Assembly: GCA_010405405.1 (NCBI GenBank)
Contig: MU004234.1
Coordinates: forward strand, 1,081,275 to 1,145,274
DNA length: 64,000 bases
Direction: 5' to 3'
DNA from: Microthyrium microscopicum
Taxonomy: Eukaryota
The position numbers and the translations under genes are program-made. Below are positions 25,598-37,776 of the stretch, one piece after another. Below the pieces are notes generated by a model. The model was given only the letters and a program-made list of their open reading frames with translations. It was not told the DNA's origin and searched no databases. Numbering within the stretch: the first letter of the stretch is position 1; every line of letters starts with the position of its first letter.

Positions 25598-26209
25598 ATG
25601 ACCAAGCACGCCAAACCAATCATCTACCTCATCCGCCACGGCGAGAAAGACGCCAAACTATCTACAGGCAAAGACCCTCTCGGCCTCAGCGCACAAGGTC
25701 TCACCCGCGCCCAAGGAATCGTCCAAGTCTTCGGCACCACCAGCCCCTACAACATCCAACACATCATCGCCGAGAAGCCCAACAACAGTAAGTCCAGTCA
25801 CCTCACATTCAAGAGCTCGTAGTCATAGTTCTCCGTAGATGGCAGAAGAGCACGGCCCTACGAAACAGTTCTGCCGCTCGCCAACATTCTCGGCCTAAAA
25901 GTCGACCACAGTATCGACCGGGACGACGTGAAAGCAGTGGCCAAGGCAGCAGAGGCCTACAATGGCGTAGGTAATGTGCTCATCTGCTGGGAGCATGGTA
26001 CACTGGCGAAGATTGCAAAGGCGCTGGGCGTCAAGGGGTATTCGAAGAAGTCAGGCTGGTCTGGGCATGTCGAGTATCCGACCCAGCGGTATGATTTGAT
26101 TTGGACTATCGAGGCGCCGTATCATGAGATTGATAGCGTGACGAGCGAGGGTGTGGTTGGACTGGATAGTGATATCTCGGGAGCACCTGTCTCGCAGGCT
26201 AGTACGTAA
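25598..26209 (+). CDS. Histidine phosphatase / phosphoglycerate mutase family protein; intron 25788-25838
   Basis: IYLIRHGEK catalytic motif, LSAQGLTRA, RPYETVLPLA after splicing, VLICWEH. Confidence 0.88.
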
Positions 26210-27271
26210 GCTGGCGATGTATATGGTCGCATGCAGAATTGTCTAGCAGAGGTCTTGTTCGCACTTTCTTGTGGACCAAGGAGTAGCGTGATAGTTGGAT
26301 GGTTTTGCATATACTCCTAGATCCCCCTTTCTCCATTTTGATAATGGAGCAATATCACAGCCCCAAACTAAAATGTTTTCATCAAATGTGATTTCATACT
26401 TCAACTAATCTGTTCACAGTGCTGTTTATCCAATTCTACCAGCTTGGTCTGTAGCTTGGAGATCCCTGGCCACTTTTGAATTCGGATAACATTGTTACCA
26501 CAAGTCGTCTCAAGGGACACACAGCGTAATCAGCTATTCGCATTCCTCCATTGACCGAGTTGTGAAGCAGGGTTTGAGCTACATAGCCTGATGGCGGCTC
26601 GCGGCACCCGATTTGCCTTGATGACTGGCCTCTCAAAGCAACAGAGTAGCTCCTGCCCAGTCTCCTAAAAAGGTGCAATAGAGCCTTAGCGCCTTCATCC
26701 CAAATTGCCATACATGTAAAAAGGAGCAATACCTGCTACTACATTTAAGAAGGCAACAACGACATGACCAAGGCCCACCACCCTCGGCATAAATATCATG
26801 GGGATTCTCCAGCTCAAACTTACTTCTCTTCATCTTCAAACTTTCTACCAAGCAGACGGGCTTACAATCATAAACTCCTTGGTAAAACTACAACCATTGC
26901 TAAAACCATCCTCACTATCACACATTCTGCATGCTCTTTGGGTATCCTGCATGCGTCATCAGTAATTCATCAGAAACAGTGGAACAAAACGCAGGCTCCA
27001 GATACCAATCTCGTTCAGGCTCTGTGAGGTCTTATCAGGCTCCAACTCAAGGTAATCTTCAGGCTTTGAGTTTTCATCTGCTTCTCTGAATAGTCACTCA
27101 ATTCACTGAGCTCTCTAACCATCCTCAGACCTTTTATCATCTTCACAACAGGTCAGTCTTTGCTCCCTCAAACTTACTCTCCTCCTAAATATCTCCAGAC
27201 CAACATAAAGCAAATCTGCCCCAAAGGCTTCGAGAGCAGAAAGAAGAGATCAACTTGAAGGACGAATAAAC

Positions 27272-29405
27272 ATGTCATCATTTACGCCAACTCCAAATGA
27301 TATCCCACCGGGTGAGTCCAAGACTCAAGAAACTCCCGATATCATCGACACTACAAATGATGGCCAAAACGGAACATCGCAAAAGCACGACAACAAAGAT
27401 GCCAAATCTCGCCAGAAGGTACTTAAAGTCGACAAGATGTAAGTTCTACTCCTCGCTCTCTAGACCTTGAATACTAACAATTGCTAGTTGGGATGAGTAA
27501 GTATTTGTAAGACTGTAACAGATAGTCTCTTAACATTGCTGTGTCAACTAGGGAAACGAGACTTTATCGTTACGACAAGACAGCAGAGAAGGCAGACCTT
27601 GATGAGTTTGGGCACAGCGTCATCTCTGTAGCTCGCCTCTTCGACGAGAAAGGAGTCTTCACCGAGAAGCACGAAATCATCATCAATAGCAAGTATCTGT
27701 GTGAAGAGCTAGACAAGTTCTACGCCAAGGTCGACAACATCACTTACAACGGGTCCCGCAAAGTCCTCGATACAGATGAAGCTAAGCATATCTTTCATGC
27801 GAGAGCCCACCTTTCGAGTAGCCTAGCCCAGGCGAAGACTGCGAACAACAACGACAAGATCTTCGAGCTTGAGGCTGCACAGGATTTCATCCTGAGCCAT
27901 TGGGGTGATGAATTGAATCAGATCAAAGCTCTGGGAAAGGACCGTATTACCTTTCCACTGCTGTGGACATGGTTTCCACCCCATGAAATGCTGTATTTGC
28001 CAGACGAGCTCAACCTTCCTCGAGCCTTCCGTGCTCACTCGACTCAGTATGGCGCTTGCCCGGAAGGAGGACTTCGTTTTCGTATCTCGGCTGATTCCGT
28101 GGACAGCAATGGACGAGATGTTGGTTATACATCAAAGAGTTATTTGAATGTTCACGAGTTCCAGAGCAGCTTGGGCTTCGATACCTTGCCGTTGTTCCCA
28201 ATCAACCGTCACCCGGACGCGGAGTCTCTAAAGAATACATTGTTACGCCGCGGCGCGAAGGCTAGAAGACTGATGGGTTTCCAGCACCAGGAGTATGATG
28301 GCCTGGCTCTTGGTAAATGGGACCAATTCTCTCAAAAGCATCTCAAATTTCATGTAAGATATAGCTGATGGAAGAACCTAAAGTGTAATTGACTGGAAAC
28401 TAGGTAACGAGACGGGTCATACTTGACTCGGCTACATTAGAACGCGTTAACCCAAATCACCACGACACTGTTTCCCTGGGCAAAAAACTGAAGAAGAATG
28501 AGCTCACAGCCGAGCAGTATATGCTGTGGAATTCTATGATTCTCGGCTTCAGTCTCGATGACAAACAATGGGGTAAGTGAATTGAGGCACTGGCTTTGAT
28601 AATTACTGACGCGAGTACAGGTTGCTTTTCTGTTGCTTCCTTGAAAGACATTGAATGGGACGATTCTATCTTCGATTCCTTAGTCCTCGAAGACGAGCGC
28701 AAGGAATTTGTCCACGACCTTGTCAAAAATCATGCCAACAAAATCAAAGGCACGGGTTTCGACGACTTCGTTCGCGACAAAGGCAAGGGTCTGATTGGTC
28801 TCTTCTCTGGTCCCCCTGGCGTTGGCAAAACTCTCACAGCTGAAGCAATTGCTGAAGTGGCCCATCGACCTATCTACAAGCTCAGCTCTGGCGAGCTCGG
28901 TACACACTCGTTGGAGCTTCAGAGGCAGCTTAACTCTGTGCTTGAGCTAACACAGATCTGGGACGCGGTCTTGCTGCTTGATGAAGCGGATGTCTTCCTC
29001 CAGGAACGAACGGATGGTCTAATCTCTACGAATGCGGTCACGTCCATCTTTCTGCGCGAATTGGAGTACTATGGCGGCATTTTGCTGCTGACCACCAATC
29101 GGCGCGCCAGCATCGATCCCGCTTTTCGAAGCCGTATCCACTTCTGCTTCGACTACACAGAGCTTGATGGTATGGCCAAAGCCCAAATCTGGATGCAATT
29201 CTTGGACAAGATTCGCACGATGGGACAGCCGAAGGTTGAGGTCACAGCGGCCCAGATCATGGAATTGGCCAAGTTGCCTCTCAATGGTCGCGAGATCAAG
29301 AATGTCCTGAGCATTTCTCAGTCGGTGGCCAAAGAGCGCAAGCAAACATTGGATCTTGAGGTGATCAAGTTGGCTGAGCGTTTCTCAGGAACTAGACTGA
29401 TGTAG
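27272..29405 (+). CDS. Fungal AAA+ ATPase with N-terminal extension; introns 27439-27487, 27497-27551, 28354-28403, 28573-28620
   Basis: Walker A GPPGVGKT, Walker B LLLDEAD, LEYYGGILLLTTNR, DPAFRSRIH, LNGREIKN. All four introns are canonical and frame-restoring. Confidence 0.9.
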
Positions 29406-31153
29406 CAAGAGTTAACGGGAACTCGATACAGGTCGCTTGAGCGACCACACTAGTTCTTGCAACTGGTGCTCTGGATACGATGGAGTGCTTCGGCTGCCAT
29501 GTTGCTTCTTGTTTACAGATGACCCTGGCTAGGCAGGGCTTAGAATAGATGTCAACTTTGCGTTAGAGCAGTAAAGGCCAAAAGTGTACGATGGAATTCT
29601 CACCTTGTGTTGTCTATTCCGAGTGTACCTGCAGCATTTAAGCCTCCAAACAAGATGACAAATAAACGGTATACCCCAATCATCACTGATACCTGGCACC
29701 ACCCCTTCTGAAGAGAACTTGGAACGATCGATATCAGAGGACAGAAGAGCTGGAGTCTCGGGAATATCAATCGCTCTGTGGGCGCAAATTTGAGCAAGTT
29801 AATGTACGTATTGGATTACTCCGCCAGTCCAAGTCATCTCATCAGAAAAAACTGGCCCTATGATCTGATAACACTGGAGGGTCTCTGATAGATGTACGCA
29901 ACCTTTACACTCTGAGCAATTTGAGATTGAGGCATAATGGCTGACGAATGCTAATGTGCTCACTGATAACATCAAATCGACAGTTTTGGTCTGTAGTTAA
30001 AACATTCTGGTCAATTGACTTGCTAGATCATAGCTACGGCTACCACAGCTTTCAATTCAGATGTGCCGAACCTGTCAGACCATGGGATTCCTCGGCCGGA
30101 TACCAACTAACGGCCTAGGCATTCGATCAGTTCGTGCTGAGTAGACCAATAAATACTTTACTAGAGCTGGGCGGGCTGTTTAATATTAATATCAAAGCTT
30201 CCCATATCTGAATTTGGCTTGTCATTTTCAATCAAATATCTTGTCCTTTCCCCCAACTCCCTGGATGAAATGTTCTCAAATGAGCGCTCTGACGTGCAGT
30301 TATTTAATCTATATCCCAACAAAATTTGACATTACTTCTAGGTTAACTTTCGCAGTCACGATTAGCTGGGAGCTTGGGCTCGGTGTACAAATCCAATTAC
30401 AATGTTGTGCAATTGGAAACAACTAAATATCCCTTGCGAAAAGAGAACACTAATGAGTGTGCTAAGGGAGTTCTGTCAGTATCTTCTCACCATTTGCACG
30501 CAATATCGTATTGTAAAGGACACAGGTCTATGCATTCTATTTAAGGTTCATCTTGTTATTGGATTGACTTGGCGTAGTCTATTATGCTACATCTATTTGA
30601 TTATACCATCCAGCCTACCAGTACAGTAAACTTGACTTGCGCTTGGCTCATTCTTATTCCGTTTTCAAATCTCTTTTCCCGCCCTCTAACCTTGCCCTCC
30701 GTTGGTTGATGTACATCTACACTGGCACACAACAAGCTCGGAGGGAACTCAACTCGAGAACTTGCCGATCGCCAATTACATTGACACGAACCGATAACGA
30801 ACCATTGACGTCAAACACATCTATTCCCGTCGAGTTGTACATCCATCCTCGTCAAATCGGGTGCGATTTTCTGTCAGAGTTGTCAATCGCTCACGATTTG
30901 ACATCACTCATCAGGGCTATATAGCTGCGACAAGTGATCTCAGCTCAGCTAAGTACAAGATCGGTAACACTTGGACCCATCTCTGGTCCAAAGTCTTGTT
31001 ACTTTGCTCTTCTAAGCTTTGATTTGTATATGGGATTTGCGAACCATTTGTGTTCAACCTGCCCATCTTAAACAACCACCAGAGCGTTAACCACCACAAT
31101 ATCGAACCCAGTGCCTGCGCAGGCAACTCAAAAAGCACCAACATTTTGAAAAC

Positions 31154-31937
31154 ATGGAGAACATGCCCGGCATGGGAACGCCATCATCAACACTCACAAG
31201 CATGGCGTCGTCAATGCCCACTTCAATGGCAGGAATGACTACCGAATCCATGGTTACTCCACCAGGCGAATGCATAATTCCCCAAATGCTCTGGAACTGG
31301 AATACGATAGACTCATGTTTAATCAGCAAACAATGGCATGTCCGCTCCAGTGGCATGTTTGCTGGCGCCTGCATCGCTATAGTCATTCTCACCATGTCAC
31401 TGGAGTTTCTGCGACGCAGCGCAAAAGAATACGACCGAAGAATCCTCAAAGAACACGAAGAACGCGTTTCACAACTAGACAGTGTGGTAGACGAGTCGAT
31501 AACGTCAACGGCATCGGATGAATCGAAGAGTAGCTCAAGGACGCCGTCAGACAGCACTCTTGGTTCGCTGAAGACGCACGCAAACAAGTTTATCACACAT
31601 GGGCGGGATCCAAAAAGGTTTCGGCCGCATCTGGCGCAACAGTTGATCAGGGGGTTATTACACACATCGCAATTCATTGTGGCATACTTTATCATGCTGT
31701 GAGTAACGTCCATGTTGAGGGTGGACCCACAACTAACGCAACCAGCCTGGCGATGTACTATAACGGATATATCCTCATAAGCATATTCGTCGGCGCGTTC
31801 CTGGGATTCGTAGTATTTGAGTGGGAGTGGATAGACTGCGTGTAAGTTATGCCACAAACCGAGCGCAAAGATCCAAAACTAACTTGAGCAGTGGAAATGC
31901 AGCACCAAAGGAAGAGGCGACATCGTGCTGCGGATAG
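31154..31937 (+). CDS. Ctr-family high-affinity copper transporter; introns 31699-31745, 31842-31891
   Basis: Met-rich N-terminus, MLWNWNTIDSC, MxxxM (MLLAM) followed by YYNGY after splicing, GAFLG (GxxxG), C-terminal SCCG. Confidence 0.92.
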
Positions 31938-32475
31938 CCCATTAACGTTTTCTTGTTCATATTGCATCCATTAGAGCCTTGCTTGAGTTCTCTAGCGCGG
32001 CGTTTTTTGGGCTTTGGCGGCATAGCTACATGTATTATTCTTTGTCAATATCACTCCTCATGACTGAATTGAGGCTACTAACGAGTACTCTCTCTTCCCG
32101 TTCAACATACTTTTCATGCGACAGTTCGAGTGATTTAGTAAGCTCCGAATGTCTGCTTCCTAGATTCAAGACCTAGGAGCGTTTGATCCTCGCGAAAAGA
32201 AACTGTCCGCTACTAGCTACAATCACGCCTGATGTTGTCAACAACAGCTCTAAATAGCCTATGGCGATATATGGCGGTGAATGGAGTCAAACTTGAACGG
32301 GCTACTAATGTAGTGACAAATTTGGAGTGAAGATGAAAGAAAGATCCAATGAAAACATTAGAAGGTGAGATGTTTTGGTTGGCGTTCAAGGCATCAAGGC
32401 CAAACTTGTCAAAACCCATTCATCCATCTCGAACTTTAGCTCAGCAACCACTCTACGAGTCTACCTCCACCAACC

Positions 32476-32907
32476 ATGCCATCATCCGACTACACAGCCT
32501 CCTCCGGCGCCCTCAAAATAAAAGGCGTCGGCGGAGTCTCCAAAAAGAAAAAGAAAAAGGCCAAACCTCCGACCACCGAAACCCCCGCCGAACCCTCAAC
32601 TTCATTCAAAGATGTCGCCGAGCAGCAAGACACTCCCAACGACGACACTACCGAGAACACAGTCGCGAGAACAAGTGCGCTAGAAGATGAAGAGCGCCAG
32701 CTAGCAGCTGAATTCGAAAAGGAAAAGCTGAGCGGGGGCGTCAAGACAGAGTCTGAACGACGCTTTGAAGAGACGCGGCGCAAACGGCTGGAGGAGCGAT
32801 TGCGTCGGGAGGGTGTCAAGACACACAAGGAGCGAGTGGAGGAATTGAATCGTTATTTGAGTCGGTTGAGCGAGCACCATGATATGCCAAGAATTGGACC
32901 TGGATAA
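32476..32907 (+). CDS. FAM32A/DUF1754 family small nuclear protein
   Basis: GALKIKG-KKKKKK N-terminus and KTHKERVEELNRYLSRLSEHHDMPRIGPG C-terminus. Confidence 0.88.
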   Translation: MPSSDYTASSGALKIKGVGGVSKKKKKKAKPPTTETPAEPSTSFKDVAEQQDTPNDDTTENTVARTSALEDEERQLAAEFEKEKLSGGVKTESERRFEETRRKRLEERLRREGVKTHKERVEELNRYLSRLSEHHDMPRIGPG

Positions 32908-33353
32908 GATGCTCTCGAAGCCGTACGAGTTTATGTCAATAATGAAAAGACTAAGATGAGGGCCGCCACGAATTTGCTTGCGTTGGGTAAATGCTGCTGG
33001 CCTATCGTAACTGCAGTGAATATACTATGGTACTATACCTGCCTACGATAGAGCTTCTCGACTGTTCTAACCATCTTTTGGATAGTTAGATTCCATCCTT
33101 TGCGCGATGTACAGCAGCTGCGGTTGAGGCTGACGAAACCACGATGAGTTTCCGATACATGTTGCCTTTTAAGTCTATAATAAAGCAGATCACAAATCTA
33201 TAATTTAGATTATGGTCCTACGGATGTCACCAAAAAGCTCAGCGACCTCAAACATTACGTTTATTGCTAATCATGCATCATGGTGGACATCAACAACACT
33301 GCTTCTATAATACTGAAGCGAAAATGCTGGCGATACTGACCCGCCTAAGAGTG

Positions 33354-34134
33354 CTACTTGCGAAGGCTGTTGAGTCTGGCTTGCAGGTCATCGTCTGCAG
33401 GATCTCCCGCTCCTCCTTCAGCTACAGCTTGTTTGCCTTCGGCTACCGCAGTTTTCTGTAGGCCTGACGGCGTCTCTCCCATCTGTCGCATAGTTAGCAT
33501 AAAATCCTGTAATTGCAGGTGATGCGAAAGGAAATTGAACGTACAGCCTGGCCTAGATCGACACCTATTTCGTCCAAAACCTTTGAGACTATCTCATCCT
33601 CTTCCTCTTCATCCTCCAAGGTAGCATCATCGATGGCATCGTCCATCAATTCTTGTCGTTGATCCATAATATCATTCTCGCGTTCAAACTCCATAGCTAT
33701 GCGTTGCAAGGCAGGCAAGTTCATGGATCGATTCATGCTGCCAAGTAATCTCGTAGCACCCTTCATTGATTGCATCATTTGTTCGTTGCTTCGTACTGTT
33801 TGTATTCGTAAGGAAATGGCCTGTAATTGGGTTCGCATTTGGTAGAATTTCTGGATGTATCTACGCAGAGGTTAGACACGAGTCAAACAAAGTTGTTGAG
33901 TTAAAGGCTATACCTTCGCGTCCGGACAAGATCTTTCGCCTGGATACGTAAAGATCCTGTTTGTCCATTCTTTGCGCTCTTCTTGATATCAGCTACCAGC
34001 TTCTTCTCTTGGTTCTCTAACTTGACGCGCTCTCGATCAAGCTCGCGTTGTGTCTTTTCCAGGGAGCGCTGGTGCTTTCGTAGACGCTCAGCAGGCGTCA
34101 TGCGTTTGCCAAAGGCCCATTCGACGATATTCAT
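33354..34134 (-). CDS. VPS2: ESCRT-III subunit Vps2/Did4; introns 33861-33913, 33483-33544
   Basis: MNIVEWAFGKRMTPAERLRKHQR, AKDLVRTRRYIQKFYQMRTQLQAISLRIQT, FERENDIMDQRQE; C-terminal MIM DDDLQARLNSLRK. Confidence 0.95.
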
Positions 34135-34437
34135 GATGAGTTGCGCCTATTTGGCGGGGAGCTGGTGGTTGCCTGTTCTGAACCTGTCTCTTCTGAGTAG
34201 AGTTGAAATCTTCGCGTGAGTTTCGCAAGGTGTCTCGGCACGATAGTAGGAGTGGATTATGCGCAAGTTGTTAATTAGGACTGGTGACAACCAGCTTTGC
34301 GAAGAAGGACCAAGCCTCAAGAGCGTTGGGTGACGACAACAGCGATTTGGTGGTGATAGCTGCTGTAAAGAATCCGCCAATCATATAGTACGCTAGCCCT
34401 CTTGGCTAGAAGCTAGAGCCCATTGACAGTGGTTAGT

Positions 34438-34658
34438 CAACGGCATGGCAAAATAAATGGCGTACTCCCATGATCCCATCAACTCTGATGGCTACCACCA
34501 GCGCTGCTAATCAAAAGGCGCTTTAATTCCCATCGTATCTGATAAATACTCCCAATCCGAACGCCCTTTATGGTAAATAAAGCACTCAATAATAGACCGT
34601 AGCCTCTGGGCGCCATCAGAGTTGATGGGAGTACGCCATTTATTTTGCCATGCCGTTG
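34438..34658. mobile_element. MITE, 221 bp, ~47-bp TIRs, 5-bp target-site duplication TTAGT
   Basis: Left end CAACGGCATGGCAAAATAAATGGCGTACTCCCAT[GATCCCAT]CAACTCTGATGGC; right end GCCATCAGAGTTGATGGGAGTACGCCATTTATTTTGCCATGCCGTTG. TTAGT at 34433-34437 and 34659-34663. No coding capacity; second copy at 25141. Confidence 0.92.
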
Positions 34659-34927
34659 TTAGTCATTGCAAACAAGAGCGGGCATCCTTGCAACTACATT
34701 TTAACCATACCTGCCATCTGGCCACTTGAAAAGCGACCATTTTCAAGCAACGGCTATTCTGGAACCACCGTCATTTGTTTGAATCGTCTGATTTCTTGCC
34801 AGGCTCCATCAATTATCACTTCATCCGCTACTCCGCCAAACCTCTCTACCAAAAAGCTATCGCCCGCATATCCTACAATTGCAGTCGTCATGCGCCAGAC
34901 CTACACCTTCCTAACCTAATCCTCAAA

Positions 34928-37776
34928 ATGAGCGACCAAGACGATACTACCCACGGCGCCCAGTCGCCACCAAACAACCACGATGCTTATACCGACGATT
35001 CTACCTACTTTTCCGATGCTCCCCGTCCTGGCTTCATGACCGTTGGCAACGGGGCTACTTCCGAGAGTGCCGCTCGTCTAACTGAAATCCTTGAGCGAGA
35101 CTCTGCTTTTGGTGGTAGCTTTGGCGATGCAGAAACTCTCGTTGATGGCTGGCACCCCGATCTCAACCAGGACACCTATACTCCCTCCGGCGGCTCACAA
35201 CATCTTCCGGACTCATCCAGTGAGTTGCGGCGTACTATGGCTAGCCATGTCCACCAGCTTCATTACAACCAAAATCGAAGTGCATTAGCTCGCGCAATTA
35301 CCAAGACAGTCGAAACATTAAAGGGCCTACAAGCTCTAAATTCGAAATGGCCTGCTCACTACCCCTCGGTGCAGAGATCCGATAGTCAAGAACATGCCGA
35401 AAAAGATGATGGTCGGCCACAATCGAGACCTGGCCTGAGAAACTCCATGACCCTCTTCGATTCAAACAACCAAATCGTGGACACTAGCTCACCCCCTCGG
35501 CCGTCACAACCTAAACGCGCAGGGACTTCGATAGGAGACATGAAGTCATCTGCAGAATCAAGTTCGTCCGCCGCTAAGAGGCCTATACCTGAACCACGAC
35601 TGGTTACTCCTCAGTTAGCCAGAGACTTTTCAATTCTCAAGATTGATTTGAAAATGGGAAATGCCCATCAAACAGATCTGGTTCACTCTCTAGAAAAAGG
35701 CTCGATATCGGCTCTACTTGGAGGGCAGATAGAAAAGACTATTCGCCACTTGCAAATGATACGGGAACGCATTGAAGACACGGCTAGCAAAGTTCTGGTT
35801 ACTGGAGATCTGAATGCCGGAAAGTCAACCTTCTGCAATGCTCTACTACGAAGAAAAATTCTGCCCGAGGATCAACAACCTTGCACAAGCATTTTCTGCG
35901 AAGTTCTTGATGTACGGGAAAATGCTGGCATCGAGGAAGTTCATGCCATTCCGGTCGGCCACAAATACAATCGTAACGATGAACGAACATATCGAGTGTT
36001 CAAATTGAGCAAACTCGAAGACATTGTCAGTGACAATGAGCACTGGGCTCAATGTAAGATTTATATCAAGGACATCCGCGCCGTGGACGAATCTCTACTG
36101 AGCAATGGCGTGGTTGACATTGCACTAATTGACGCACCCGGCCTGAATCACGACTCCGTTATCACCACCGCAAACTTCGCAAAGCAAGAAGAGATTGATG
36201 TGGTGGTTTTCGTGGTGTCTGCAGCGAATCATTTCACTCAATCAGCCAAAGAATTTGTCTTCAACGCGGCAAGAGAAAAGGCCTACATCTTCGTAGTTGT
36301 TAATGGGTTCGATACTATTTCGAATCAAAAGCGCTGTAAGGATATGATTCTGAAGCAGGTCTCTCAACTCAGTCCAGCTACTTCTAAAGAATCGGATGAA
36401 TTGGTTCATTTCGTGTCCAGCAATGGCATTCCCATACCTTCCGAGCAGTTTAGCACAACAGGCTCTGGTGGCAGTGGCTCGGGCTCAGGTGGGCCTGATG
36501 GAGATGATGACGATGATGACCCAAACAAGAAGGATAAAGGCAAAGGCAAGCAAGCCAAGGAGAACCAGCGCGACTTCAGCCAACTCGAAGCATCACTTCG
36601 CCGATTCGTCTTGGAAAAGCGGGCCCGCTCGAAACTTGCTCCGGCGAAAACATATTTGCTAAACTTGACCTCGGATCTTGATAATCTAGCAACTATCAAT
36701 CGGGATGTAGCACAAGCTGAGATGGACCGAGTCAGCAAAGAGCTCGCAGATCTGGAACCTCAGCTCGAACAAGCCAAAAAGGCCACCAACGAGGCCGGCG
36801 AAGGCACTGACACCACAATTGAGGAAAAGGTTACTGAAATTTACGACTACACGCGGGACTCTCTAAACAAGACGGTGGTGAACGTTGCCGAAATGGATTT
36901 TGGCATTGAATATCCAGGTTTCCTAATGGCATATTCATACGCGGAAGAGGTCAAGCTTGCCATGATTGATGAATTATCGCATTGCATATCGGAATGCGAA
37001 GAGCATGCTCGCCAACAAACGGTTGCAGGAGTCAACGCCATCAAATCGCTAGGTATATTACATCTTGGCAACAGCTTCCCGGACTTTTCGTATAGGCCTG
37101 AAAACATGTACCGTCGTCAAAAGGACCTCCTCGCTCGACAAGCAAACATCGAAGTAGAGTTCTTTGACTTTTTCGATTTTGGCAGTCTTTGGGAGCGTCA
37201 AGAAAAGGTCGCTGGTACAAGTGTTGCAGTGACAGTCACTGGTGTGGTTGCCGGACGCTTGGTGGGTGGTGTGGGATGGATGGACGGTGCAGTCGGAGCC
37301 GCACGTATCGTGGGCTCCAACAACTTGAGACGTATGATCATTCCTGGTCTTGTTGCAGGCGGTAAGTCGATGTCACGCCAATCTTCATTGTGACCAGTTC
37401 TAATATATTTACAGTCTGCCTGGTCGCCGCCTATGCGCTTACGTCGATACCGACATCTCTTCCTCGTCGTCTATCCGCCAAACTAGCAACTCAACTTGCG
37501 CTGCTTGACTACTCCCACGTCAACGCAACGCGAATCAGCTCCGAAGTCCGCCGCGCTCTCAAATATCCTGCAGATACACTTCGAGTCGGCCTCAAGCGCA
37601 ACCACGAAAAGATGGTCGCCCTCAAGAAGGACATTGGCAAAACTCGCGGAGAAGCTGAAATCGCTCGCAAATTCTTCACCAATCTTGTGCGCGAGAGCGG
37701 TGAGATTCGAGAAGGTGTGAGACGAGTTGATCTTGAAGGGCCGCCGGCAGGGACAGCTCAAATGGGACGATTGTAA
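34928..37776 (+). CDS. FZO1: Mitofusin (transmembrane GTPase Fzo1); intron 37362-37414
   Basis: G1 TGDLNAGKST, DQQPCT, G3 DAPG, EEIDVVVFVV, FVLEKRARSKLAPAKTYL; C-terminal TM region and heptad repeat. Confidence 0.95.

Noticed and set aside
31087..31857. 256-aa antisense ORF over the Ctr gene, and similar shadow ORFs over other genes
   Set aside because: Antisense to well-supported genes and lacking motifs of their own.
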